A stretch of DNA of 64,000 nt, the filler included, from Sphacelaria rigidula (Eukaryota), in assembly GCA_964200075.2 (NCBI GenBank). It is 9 parts of 9 records of this genome, joined end to end, with 100 filler letters (N's around TTAATTAATTAA, not from the genome) between each part and the next. Parts side by side here need not be neighbours in the genome. Positions count along the whole stretch, not along the records: positions 21,370 to 28,391 come from CAXNAA020016914.1; positions 28,492 to 35,513 come from CAXNAA020016915.1; positions 35,614 to 42,635 come from CAXNAA020016916.1; 6 more parts are not named here. One strand, 5' to 3'. Below the pieces are notes generated by a model. That model made no database searches. It was not told the DNA's origin and saw only the letters and a program-made list of their open reading frames with translations. This document shows positions 24,788 to 36,006 of this stretch, piece by piece (the first letter of the stretch is position 1; each line of letters begins with the position of its first letter). A program made the position numbers and the translations under genes.

Positions 24788-26539
24788 AATTTATAAATGG
24801 AGGTACACCGAAGTAGAGTAAATTGCGGTGATAATAACAACAAGCGTAATCGCGGCAATTTGTTCATGTACCGAAAGGGAACACCGCAAAGCAAAATATG
24901 AAGAGCTAAAGCGAAACGCCGAAAAGAGAGGCAGTTGCGGTAGAAATACGACACCTGTATATGAAACCGTGTATGGGGGACCGCAGGAAGGCGCACTGAA
25001 GGTGTACCACAGGTATTGATAGTCGTCGAGGAACAAACTTACAGACAAAACCAATAGTTGTCGCAAGAGAGGTGTGGTGCAGGAGCGAAACCTAGCAACG
25101 AGATAACTGTGAAAGGAGGCGGACACTTGGACAGATATCCGACGGCGCACTGTACACGTCAAATATAACAGGGGTACTTAGTGGCCAGGCACACACTGAA
25201 CAAGGGTACTGCAGTGGTGCAAGGAGGTCACCGCACATACTAAGTGTAGGTAAACACACCTCGAGACTGCGAAAATAGACACCAAGACTAGTGTGGATCA
25301 CTCGGCCAAGGTGAAGGCGAGGTGTAAATAGTTGTGAAATTCAATACAGAAAGAGAATCAAAAACGCGGCAGCGAGGGTGCGAAACACTGGAGTCAAGTG
25401 CAGGGATCCAAGAGGAGACAGCTGGAGCAGCCAACGGAAACGCAAATGTTGGGGCAGATCAGGCGCCAACCAAAAAGATTACAGGGGAATACGAAATTTC
25501 GAAAAATAACAGTAAATCGTAATACGAACCAGGTAGTACAGCGCCAAAGAGGAAAAAGGTGGATAACGTAGGATACAACCAAAGGGAGGATCACGCAGTA
25601 CAGAACCAAAAGAGAAAAGTGTATCCCGTAGTACACACACAGAAGATGAAATGCGCGTCGCGTAATACAAAACCCAAAGGTAAAGGTCGATCGCGGAGTA
25701 CACACCCGGCAGAAAGTATGAGAAGCGGGGCTGGGGTGTCGTTTAAGCCCGAGGGGGTACGCGGTGACAGAAGTACAGCACCGACACGAGGGAGTAATCG
25801 GGGAAGGTGTCGTGTAATTGGAAGAACAATGTGCGTAAGGATAAATAATGTGCACTACAGTACTACAAGACGGTGGAGCGGCAGATGCTACTACACAATT
25901 GTCGCACCGCAAAGATGAGCGTGTGGGTTGTAAGCGGTGAACTAAACACTAAAGCAGTCAGGGTGAGGGGACACCGCACGATAGACATAGCAGCGGTATA
26001 CAAAGGCCAACGTCCAGCAAAGATAGAAAGGTAGTCGCTCGTGCCGTAGGATGAAAGCGGCGAGTGCTGGATCTGTCCAGTAAGGTAATAATGTCAGCTG
26101 TCCGCAAGGGTTTACAACAAGCAATCTGACACAGCGCTGGGCGGGATATTTGGCGAGCGATATGGGGCAGAAAGGGCGGTGGCAATAGAGCAGGGGCACT
26201 ACAAATCAAGAGTGCGACTCAGCAAAAGGAGCGACCAAAGCAGGAGACGGACAAAGACCGAGTGCGCCAGCGGCGGAGGCGAACTTTTGGCTGCTGCGGG
26301 GAAAACGTAACTGCAGGAATGAACTACCGTACTGTAACACAGCAAAAAGAAAGCATTCTAAAACCAAAATAAAAGCCAAGGACTGTTGAAACTGCTACTA
26401 GCGAGGGGAAAGTTACAGGGTGAACCAGAAGTGAGGGGCAGCAAACGTGGGCTACAGAAAGAGACAGCTAGGCAAGGCAACAAGGCTACAAGAATACGCG
26501 TGAACGGCTACTGAAAAACCAAGCAAGACACGGCCAAAT

Positions 26540-26551
26540 ATTCGAACGCCA
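26540..26551 (-). promoter_or_regulatory. tRNA primer-binding site
   Basis: ATTACA-C-TGGCGTTCGAAT on the minus strand; same arrangement at 55630-55648. Confidence 0.7.
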
Positions 26552-26888
26552 GTGTAATGTGGATAGGGATGAACAGGATTCCACACACCTTCCTCCACAG
26601 TAGCAAATGAATAAAGGAGCTCGAAGGCTCATTATCTTCCAATTCTCACTTGTTATCCTCTTGCTCGCCTAGCGTACTATTCTCACCAAAGGTAAGCAGT
26701 AGGAGCAGAATGGTCCAGCTCGGTGGGCAGCTCAAGAGTGAGCGAGGGTGCATGAGATACATACAACGCAACCTATCTGAACTCGGCCCGAGAAGGCGTT
26801 TTACCTTCTCGGGTCTAGGGTACAGCAATCTGCACACCAACCTTCCCAAAATCATGGAACTAATCCTCATGGACAGATCAGATGATCT

Positions 26889-27400
26889 GTGAGCCAATCT
26901 GCCCCAAAATTATCTGTAGGAACGAATAACGCCTCTCTATCTTCCTTCCTCATGACATATCCCCCCTTAGTAAGGCACATCGATATGCTTGCGAACCCAA
27001 GCCAAGCATGGGATTACATCGTCAAGTACTACAGGATTCCAGCAGCCACGGAAAAAGCCAAGTGGGAGTACGGGTGGCAAACGTTACAGATGGCGGACGG
27101 TGAATTGCCGATGAAGCTTCTCTCGCGGGCACAGTTCATTCGCAGGAAGCGCGCAGAATTCGATGTAGTTCTCTCGGACTCTGAGGCGAACAGGAACATT
27201 TTCCGATGCCTTTCGTCATAATACGAGCACGAACGTAGGAATTTATAGGTACAACCTTAGATAGGCATAGAAGAGGTCAACCGCCAACTAGAAAATGCTT
27301 ACGCTGAAGCACAGTTGTTGAAAGAGAGGGAAAAGACAACTCTGAATCATGCACTTTCCGCTACTAGTACTCACGGTGGAGTGGTCATGGCTCACCAGGC
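26889..27400 (+). pseudogene. Ty1/Copia-type gag (Retrotran_gag_2/UBN2-like) relic
   Basis: AWDYIVKYY...LQMADGELPMKLLSR...VLSDSEANRNIFRCLSS*YE...IGIEEV pattern with in-frame stops. Confidence 0.7.
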
Positions 27401-28391
27401 ACAGAGCAGAACGGGGGGGGGGCGAAGATCCCACAATTCCCTAAACCAATACAACTACCACAACATCCCACCAAAACGCATGAACTCCCCACAACAACCC
27501 AGTTTCCATTCCCATCATGGCCCACAGCAACACTTCAGCGATGGTCATGGTGGTCGAGGGGGTGGTATTCACCGAGACAACAGCAATGGCGGCCACATAG
27601 TCCGTGGAACCGGTCGGGACCTGGCCGTGGTATGGTAAACCAAACCAATCAATGAGCCTACCAGATTCGTTGTCCATTCAACCGTCCTAGCTGCCCTTCT
27701 CGCCAGCACCACACCCAGCAGCACTACACTTACCAACCAACAAACACAGGCCCAGATCACCACCGTTCCTCAGGTAATCAGGGCCCAACACATCACCAAC
27801 AACAGTCCAACCACACAACCAACCACACATCATCACAATCCCATTACTCGCATCCACAACACCAAATCCACAACCATCCACCACAAGCCAACACCGTTCA
27901 GCGGACTGATCCCGCACACCAACATCATGAGAGCATCGATAACTTTGTCTATGAGGACGATACTTTCAACAATGCCGGTTTTGCCCACACCGTACCGTAC
28001 CATACGTCTCAACATCAACTGCAGCCGCAACCTACCACCATCACCGAACATTTCCCCTGCTGCACATCACCTCCATCATCCTATCACCACCCACCACCTG
28101 ACAAGCACCAGACAACTGCCTGTATCATTCCCCCTCTGCACCACCGCCATTTCATCCACCACCGTCTTAACAACAAAACCGATCTCAACACCATTCTTAA
28201 ATCGACCGCACTACAGACCTATCACCCATCACGACCTCCACCGCCAGACCAATCCCACCATGATCCTAATCGAGTATACTCACACTCAATGTTGGATACA
28301 CGCGGACAGGCCTGGATGAGTTGGAAATAGATATAGTGATTGGATTATGACATATGGGTGAAGGGCATATAAGAGATACAGTTCTGTTATT

Positions 28392-28491
28392 NNNNNNNNN
28401 NNNNNNNNNNNNNNNNNNNNNNNNNNNNNNNNNNNTTAATTAATTAANNNNNNNNNNNNNNNNNNNNNNNNNNNNNNNNNNNNNNNNNNNN
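28392..28491. other. Artificial contig linker
   Basis: Same 100-bp spacer. Confidence 0.98.
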
Positions 28492-28589
28492 TCACTTAAA
28501 GCGAATGATCAAAGCCACTCTCAATCGTATCATCTACTCTCAATCTCACAACAACATTGTTAACTATACAGAGATATATACTGTGCAAA

Positions 28590-28830
28590 AGGACCTTTTC
28601 GCCTCGATATCGGGGCGAAAAAGGGGACCTTTTTTAGCCCGAAATTGGTGCTTTCGCATATACACTTGGGGAGAACGGAAGACGGGCAACCCCCGACAAG
28701 AGTTTTAATGAGGTTGGGGGGCATGAGGTTGTCTATATGAAATTCATTGGTCATGACTTCATGTCAGAGAAAGCATTGTTTTCGAGTTAAAACTCATCAT
28801 ATGTTGAACCTCAAAATCGGATCCAGGCTC
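28590..28830. mobile_element. Half copy of fold-back MITE family 2
   Basis: Matches 33201-33622; ends GGATCCAGGCTC-TTA. Confidence 0.75.
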
Positions 28831-29100
28831 TTATTATTGGGTGGAAATTGGGTTCGAAATTCGTAACTTCGATCTCGGAACAACCTGATGGGCGCTGATT
28901 GGTTGATATACCTTTTCGCCCTTGGCGCTACCACTATGGCCTTACACACAAATCCGGCTATTTCACGCTCTTCACCTATCCATGGCGATCAGTATGATAT
29001 CATGCATGCGACTATTATTGGGTAGGTATTGCGAAAGACATTTGCTGATGACACAATTTTGGGTGATCAGCGTGAACCAGCCTGTAGTAGTTAGACCGCC

Positions 29101-29298
29101 TGTAACGCGTGAGAGGATCGCGTGCTTAGAGCACCGCGCCGTGGTTCAAAACACCTCAGGATCGACGTTTTTCAAACCCAATCGGGCCAGTCCCTGCACG
29201 CCCCTGACCATAACCCTGACACCAACCCTAACCCTAACCATAGGGATGTTGAAATTTTGATGCAGTCTTCTGAGCACGCGGTCCTCTCACGCATTTTA
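29101..29298 (-). mobile_element. Telomere-repeat mini-element
   Basis: TIR TGTAA.GCGTGAGAGGA.CGCGTGCTTAGAG; internal CCCTAA tract; CCGCC on both flanks. Confidence 0.88.
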
Positions 29299-29389
29299 CC
29301 GCCCACTACTGGACCTCATGCTCTCCTCTTGTGCAACAAAAGCATATCCCGTGCGGTCACAGCCGGAGAAGAAGGGGAGTAGGGGGGTC

Positions 29390-29468
29390 TGTAATGCGTG
29401 AGAGGACCGCGTGCTTAGAGGACCGCATCGGAATTTGAACATCCCCATGGTTAGGGTTAGGGTTAGGA
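29390..29468 (+). mobile_element. Telomere-repeat mini-element, truncated in the TTAGGG tract
   Basis: Left TIR plus (TTAGGG)n only. Confidence 0.85.
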
Positions 29469-30122
29469 TGCTTGAGAGCTTCATGAACCTTCTTCGTAAT
29501 GAAATGATGACATGAGAGCAGGCTACAACAAACAGCTGTAGTGGAGGCCATAGCAAACCCTAGCGACTACAATAGCGACACCGCCGGACCACGCTGTGCT
29601 AGCTGCGACATAAACGTGTTGCTTCTTTTTCGGCAATGTGCCTTCGACTTGACTCACGTTTGTTTTGTGTCATGACATCACGACTTGTTTGGTTAACACT
29701 CAGCAGCGCCTCCTGCATCTCGCTCCCCTGACTTTTCCCTCGCGTCTATTTCCCCTGATCGAACTACGTATTTCCATTAATAATGCCGTTCTTCAGGGCC
29801 TCAGCTCTCTAGACGATCTTCGCCATCGTCAAAAAGGACTCAACAGACACTATCCCAGCACGTATGAGGGCGACAACTGCATCAGTTCTGCTTCTGGCTC
29901 TTTGCCTTGAACAAGGCACGTAGTAGGCAGAAGGGTCTCGCTATGATAGGGGGGGGATTTAGGGCCGTTTTCTCTCACAAGTATTCCTCTTGTGATCGCC
30001 ACTGATAGCAGCGACGGTTGTTCGAACGTGCTTATTTCCGATTAATAAGGCTCATTCACACTACTTGACATCGTCTTTACCCAAATACAAGCGCACCGCT
30101 AGTAGGCCATTTGCCGAGAGGG

Positions 30123-30330
30123 TGTAATGCATGAGAGGACCGCGTGCTGAGAGGACCGCATCGGAGTTTGAACATCCCTATGGTTAGGGTTAGGGTTAAG
30201 CTTAGTGTGTGTTAGGGTTGTGGTCAGGGGCGTGGTTTCTGCAGGGACTGGCTCGATTGGTTTTGAAAACGTCGATCCTGAGGTGTTTCGGACAATGATG
30301 CGGTCCTCTACGCACGCGGTCCTCTCATAC
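30123..30330 (+). mobile_element. Telomere-repeat mini-element
   Basis: Colinear with the other copies; right TIR eroded. Confidence 0.85.
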
Positions 30331-30434
30331 TCAAGCACTTTACTGCGGACAGCTCCCTCTCCGGCAACGTGGTAAATGAAAATTGATTGTGGAACGTCAT
30401 CTCTCGTATAGCTGGGGGGCAACGGAGTGATGCC

Positions 30435-30645
30435 TGTGATGCGTGAGAGGACCGCGTGCTTAGAGGACCGCATCGGAATTTGAACATCCTTATGGTTAGG
30501 GTTAGGGTCAGGGTTAGTGTTAAGGTCAGAATCAGGGGCGTGGTACCTGCAGGGACTGGCGCGATTGGTCTCGAAAGACATCGATCCGGAGGTGTTTTGA
30601 TCCACGGCGTGGCCCTCTAAGCACGCGGGCCTCTTATGCACTACA
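30435..30645 (+). mobile_element. Telomere-repeat mini-element
   Basis: Both TIRs; flanks ATGCC/ATGCT. Confidence 0.88.
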
Positions 30646-31214
30646 ATGCTTTTCTCTGTTAGTATTTCCCCTCTTTTACCCGTCCCTTCTCATACTCTGT
30701 CGGTTAGCTGAATCCCAATGATTAAACCTGAAACGTGGGTGAAGGTTCTTCTGCTCATACTGGGTCATACGTTTTTGGCGCATGTTGCACACATCTGATA
30801 CCGTGCCGGCAAGTCTACATAATCCGCTTGGAAAATATGTTCATAAAAGTGTGATCCAATCCTCTGCTCTAGTGTGATGAAATACAAAATATATGTGAGG
30901 TGCTACTTGTGGGCTTATCATGTGAACCCATTTTCTATGAGATGATCTACACGTGTTGCGTCGTGTACGGGTGTCACCCTAGGGCTACACTAGTGCAAAG
31001 AGAGGTACCTACTATAGAAAGGGTAGAACCCGGTCGACCTGGAACGTCGATGCCCCAGGTTTTTCGAAAGATGGTGGAGTCCTCGATACTGCAGGTGCTC
31101 TGGAATTCTCAGTACTTTCGATACCCGCGGTACATTGAAACACCCAAGATATATATATATATATATATATATTTAAGAGTTTCGAGAGTCTGCAGCCTGG
31201 TGTGGGGAAGATGC

Positions 31215-31402
31215 TGTAATGCCTGAGAGGACCGCATCGGAAGTTGAACACCCCCATATGGTTAGGATTAGGGTTAGTGTTGGGGTTGGGGTCAGGGGCG
31301 TGGTCTCTGCAGGGACTGGCCCGATTGGTTAAAAACGTCGACCCTGAGGTGTTTTGGACTACGATGCGGTCCTCTAAGCATGCGGTCCTCTCACGGATTA
31401 CA
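31215..31402 (+). mobile_element. Telomere-repeat mini-element
   Basis: Both ends present; one AGAGGACCGC unit deleted on the left. Confidence 0.85.
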
Positions 31403-31548
31403 GGAGGTGCATGCACACGCCAGACCGAACGTTCTGAGTTCGTTTCGGCTATATTATATCGCTCTGCCACCCGACCTGAGCACGTTCCGGTACGACCATG
31501 CGTCCCGCACCCGCACCTCGGGTCTTTTAGGTATAGTGCGGTCCATAG

Positions 31549-31773
31549 CGGAGTCCACCTGCAGCGACGGAACTGAGGGCGTGGAAGGATTCGACATGTG
31601 TTGCGTGAGCGACTGCGGAGAATGCGGCGGCGCGGGTTGTAGGACGCGGGCCGAGGAAGCGGGACTCACAGCCCACGACTGCTGCAGCGGGAGGATCGAG
31701 GAAGCAGGGGTTTACTGTGACGACTCCGGAACAGCACCGTGCATACTCAGCGGCGGTGGGAGTAGTTACAGCG
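31549..31773 (+). CDS. Symmetric phase-1 exon encoding a Cys-rich extracellular module
   Basis: TCSDGTEGVEGFDMCCVSDCGECGGAGCRTR...DCCSGRI...CDDSGTAPCIL; CCATAG acceptor, G|GTAAGC donor, 225 nt. Confidence 0.85.
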
Positions 31774-32800
31774 GTAAGCGTCGGATACTGTATGTTCCGG
31801 ATGTATAGTACTTCAATCAACAGGAATAATACTCCACCTCGGTGTCTACAGGAGTTTTTTTCTTCGTGATTTTTCGGGGGGCTGCGCAGGAACACATGCC
31901 GGACACCTGGACCCCGAGGATCAAATTTTGGAGTTTTTTAGGGGGAGGGGGGGGGCGTACTCATTTCTTGCTTGCCTTAGTCGTTTGACCATTGACCACG
32001 CATCCCTTTCGAGACGGAGCAGGGGGGGGGATGCCCAGCATTCTGTCCCCTAGTTTACGGCGCTGTTGGATGCGGTCAGCTGCCGTGTGCAGAGATCCTT
32101 GGCATGGAGACCACTGAGGTGGTGGACACGCCGCCCTCCCCAAGCTCATCAATTATCATGATTACCTCTGTGGGATCATGCTCTCCGTGTCGTGTGCTTC
32201 GAGTACCAGCAAGTTATCCGGGCGGGTTCGGCGAGGCGTGAGATAATGTTGTTACTTTGGCTACCGGCTGTCGCTGTTCGTACCGTGCGCTCGTTTAAAA
32301 TATGCGAGTGAAGGTGGCCGGCATCAGAGGTCATCGGTAATACTGTGTTCGTGAGATTTAGAGTGTAACATTGGATTCAGAGTGAAACCCGAAACAATTG
32401 ACTTTCCCATCGAATTTGACATCCCCACAGTTCGAGGAGTCATGCGCCCAGCTAGTGAAGCGGTGACTTCAACGAAAGCTTTCACCGACACGATCGATTT
32501 GATTCATCACTTGATCGCAACGACGTGGTCAGTCCATTGCAACAAAAGATCCCCTCTTTCAGGAAAAATCAATTAGTACCCGAAACAGTTTCAGTTCCGA
32601 AATGCCTCCCCAAGCGTGAAGATGCCTTGTGCGGTATCTCACCAACCAGATCGCCGAATTCCTCTAATTGGGTACTGTATGGTAGCTGTATGCACAAGAC
32701 GTGTGCTCACGCGAAAAAAAACAAAATGCCTGTAAGGAACGCTAGAGCACCCATTGTGAATCCGATATTACGCTGTGAATCTCACGAATATGTTGTTCGG

Positions 32801-32988
32801 TGTGATACGTGAGAGGAGCGCTTGCTTAGAGGAGGACCGCATCGGAATTCAAACATCCCTATGATTCAGGTTAGGGTCAGGGGCGTGGTCCCTGCAGGAA
32901 CTGGCCCGATTGGTTTCGAAAAATGTCATTCTGAGGTGTTTCGAACTACGATGCGGTCCTCGAAGCCCCGGTCCTCTCACGCAGTACA
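32801..32988 (+). mobile_element. Telomere-repeat mini-element (diverged, short tract)
   Basis: Colinear with the family. Confidence 0.8.
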
Positions 32989-33200
32989 GAAGCAACGATA
33001 CAAACTCCGCAAAATCCACCAGACTTTCCGGTTCCTGTCAGTGCTATTCGATCGAGTTTTTTTGCGACAAAATAAACGAACAAAAATAATGGCGACTCTC
33101 GGCAAAATGCCCTCTGAAGGGGGGGGGTGGGGGGGGGGTTCGTGTCCGAAAATCTTCTCCGTGGAGTCCACTCAATATTCCCATATTTTGACCAAAAAAA

Positions 33201-33622
33201 GGGCCTGGATCCGTTTTTGAGGTTCAACATTATTTTATGAGTTTCAACTCGAAAACAGTGCTTTTCCTGACCTGAAGTCATGACCAATGAATTTCATGTA
33301 GACGACCTCATGCCCTCCGACCTCATTAAAAATTCTTTCGGGGGTTGCCCGTCTTCCGTGCCCTCAAAGTGTATATGCGAAAGCACCAATTTCGGGCTAC
33401 AAACGTCCCCTTTCTCGCCCCGATATCGAGGCGAAAAGGTGCTTTCGTACATACGCTTTGGGGGCGCGGAAGACGGGCAACCCCCGAAAATAGTTGTAAG
33501 GAGGTCGGGGGGCATGAGGTCGTCCATGTGAAATTCATTGGTCATGACTTCCGGTCAGGGAAAGCACTTTTTTCGAATTGAAACTCATTGAAGTGTTGAA
33601 CCTCAAAAACGGATCCAGGCTG
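33201..33622. mobile_element. Fold-back MITE family 2 (~420-bp palindrome)
   Basis: Arms GGGCCTGGATCCGTTTTTGAGGTTCAAC... pair over ~190 bp; G(G/A)GCC termini suggest Tourist/PIF. Confidence 0.85.
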
Positions 33623-33827
33623 TTGAAATGTTATGTGGCAGAGTGCTCTGTCATGAACTCTTTTTCTGCCGGACATAGAGTGGAGGTTTTGCGGCTGTTG
33701 GCGTCGCAGTTGAAGATTCGCAAGCGTAATAGCGCCGTCGATGGACTGTTGCGCACATTGTATTGCTTCGTCATTATTTTCGTCCATCATTGGCAATCTG
33801 ACCAAGACAACATCCCACCTTGATCTA

Positions 33828-34533
33828 CCTTGGGGGCTCTCAGTAGTGCCGGTTGAATAGTGCCAACGACCTATATAATGCCGGTGAAATCTCCGGGCAC
33901 AGCCAGATCTTGCAGTGGTACCGGTTTGAACGGTTTTGTACCCTTAACAGTGCCGGTTCCGGACACACTCACGCACGCCTTATCACCCACCAACCAAGCA
34001 CCAGTAGGGGTACAGCAGGGTACGTGCTGGTGCAGACCTCGCAACGTAGGGACACAACATGCCTTGTGCGGAGGGTGACCTGTGCCTGGTGCAGGCCACG
34101 ACGCCAGAAAGCCGTCATGGGCACGGTTGCCAGGGCACATGTGGCGGGTGGCTCCACGGTATTTGCGGCAGCATGTTCGGCGACAACGAAATGCACCGCA
34201 TCTGCAGCAAGTGCCTTCTCAATCAAGTTGAATGTGAAAAACTAAACAACATCGGGTTTAGTTCTGCTACCCCGAAATCATACGTGACATATCCTATCAA
34301 AACCACTTGAAGCAAAGGTCCTCGTCCGTTTTGTGCTTCTGTTGGTCCCACGAAGAGCAAGCGTAGCAGTGTCCGAACGGACGGTCGTCAGTAGTGCCAG
34401 AACCGACACTACTGAGGTATTCAGAGCACCCAATTGCACCTGCTTTGGCACTTTTCAGAGCAGTGCCGGGCTTTCTGAGTAGTGCCGGTTTCCGTGGTGG
34501 GCACATACCGGCACTACTGAGAGTCCCCCACTG
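33828..34533 (+). mobile_element. pogo-like non-autonomous element carrying a Cys/His-finger remnant
   Basis: TA-flanked TIR ~CAGTGGGGGACTCTCAGTAGTGCCGG; repeated AGTAGTGCCGG subterminal motifs; internal CAEGDLC...HGHGCQGTCGGWLHGICG...RICSKC at 34059-34215. Confidence 0.75.
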
Positions 34534-34576
34534 TATTTCGAAATCTCTACTCAATGTAACTTGGACGCCAGTATGG

Positions 34577-34788
34577 TGTAATGTGCGAGAGGACCGCGTG
34601 CTTAGAGGACCGCATCGGAAATTGAACATCCCTATGTTTAGTGTTAGGGTTGGGGTTAGTGTGAGGGTTATCGTCAAGGGCTTGGTACCTGCAGGGACTG
34701 GCCCAATTGGTCTTGAAAACCGTCGATCCTGAGGCGTTTTTGAACTACAGCGCGGTCCTCTAAGCACGCGGTCTTCTCTCACATTACG
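34577..34788 (+). mobile_element. Telomere-repeat mini-element
   Basis: Both TIRs, degenerate TTAGGG tract. Confidence 0.88.
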
Positions 34789-34965
34789 CCCACAACACCT
34801 ATCAGGGGATTCTATAAAATGAGGTTGATCAATCAAATGAGGTTTGAGGAGGCTGGCCAGTATGCGACAAAAACCCGAGGGCAGTACCGTCCGCAAGTGC
34901 CTTTGATCACTTTCGGGGGTGGGAGGGCATACTCCTTTGTTGCTTGCCTTAGTCGTTTGACTATT

Positions 34966-35176
34966 TGTAATGCGTGAGGGGACCGCGTCCTTAGAGGACC
35001 GCATCTGAGTTTGAACATCCCCAGGGTTAGGGTTAGGGTTAGGGTTGGGGTTGGGTTAATGGTCAGGGGCGTGGTACCTGCAGGGACTGGCCCGATTGGT
35101 TTTGAAAAACATCGATCCTCAGGTGTTCTGAACTACGGTGCGGTCCTCTACGCACGCGGTCCTCACACGCATTACA
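34966..35176 (+). mobile_element. Telomere-repeat mini-element with perfect 5-bp TSD
   Basis: CTATT on both sides; splits a G-run repeat whose uninterrupted paralogs carry the 5-mer once. Confidence 0.92.
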
Positions 35177-35435
35177 CTATTGACCTTTCGCGACGGGGCG
35201 TGGATAGATGGTTTCATCCTTTAAATTATTTGGAGAGTGCCTTGACGGAGTCGACCCTATGATAGAGGGATCAGATGTGGAGTGCGCTCAGGTGGCAGCA
35301 ATAGCAGCCGGCCTGAGCGTGGTACTGTAGTCACACACACTTGACTACCAGTACCCGTGCGTCAGCATAGATATATCCGCGCATGTACATGTTTACTCAG
35401 TGTACCCGTTCACATGAACACCCCCTCTGAGTCGG

Positions 35436-35513
35436 TGTAATGCGTGAGAGGACCGCGTGCTTAGAGGACCGCATCGGAATTTGAACATCCCCATGATCAG
35501 GGTTAGGGGTGGG
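35436..35513 (+). mobile_element. Telomere-repeat mini-element cut by contig end
   Basis: Left TIR and start of the tract. Confidence 0.85.
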
Positions 35514-35613
35514 NNNNNNNNNNNNNNNNNNNNNNNNNNNNNNNNNNNNNNNNNNNNTTAATTAATTAANNNNNNNNNNNNNNNNNNNNNNNNNNNNNNN
35601 NNNNNNNNNNNNN
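35514..35613. other. Artificial contig linker
   Basis: Same 100-bp spacer. Confidence 0.98.
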
Positions 35614-36006
35614 ATGGTCTTATGACTATGGCAAGCATGATCATGAGTACACCCCCCCTTCCCCCCCCCGCGACACCCCTTATATTTAGGTATCACGGGT
35701 TGGATCATGACTATTTATATTTAGGTATCGCGGGTTGGATCATGACTATCACTTCTACTCCCGCAACTGCGTCGACTGTCGTTGTATATATATTCCTTTG
35801 CGACTGAGTTCCTGACGTTTTCAACGGCGGGAATCATATAATTTTTAGAGAGAAACCCAAATTAATCTGCCGGGAATCGAATCCGCAATTTTCCACCCCA
35901 CCAAGTCTCAAGTGTGCCGGTTACTCTATCGAGGCGCGGTGGCGAATAGTAGTACGTACACATAGATACACATATCGTCAAGAAAAACAACGGTTCAAGC
36001 ACTCAC

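Larger units (their letters stand above)
21370..26765 (-). mobile_element. 5' part of LTR retrotransposon (probably Ty3/Gypsy), copy A
   Basis: LTR 3' end ATTACA (26553) followed by PBS TGGCGTT, long leader, frameshifted gag-like ORFs homologous to copy B; far LTR edge (26765) tentative. Confidence 0.7.

Noticed and set aside
34297-35262. ORFs spanning the mini-elements (LTLTLT / VRVRVR peptides)
   Set aside because: Read-through of telomeric hexamers and TIRs, not conserved in frame among copies
29101-35513. True telomere or chromosome end
   Set aside because: TTAGGG tracts are short, degenerate and always inside the mini-element
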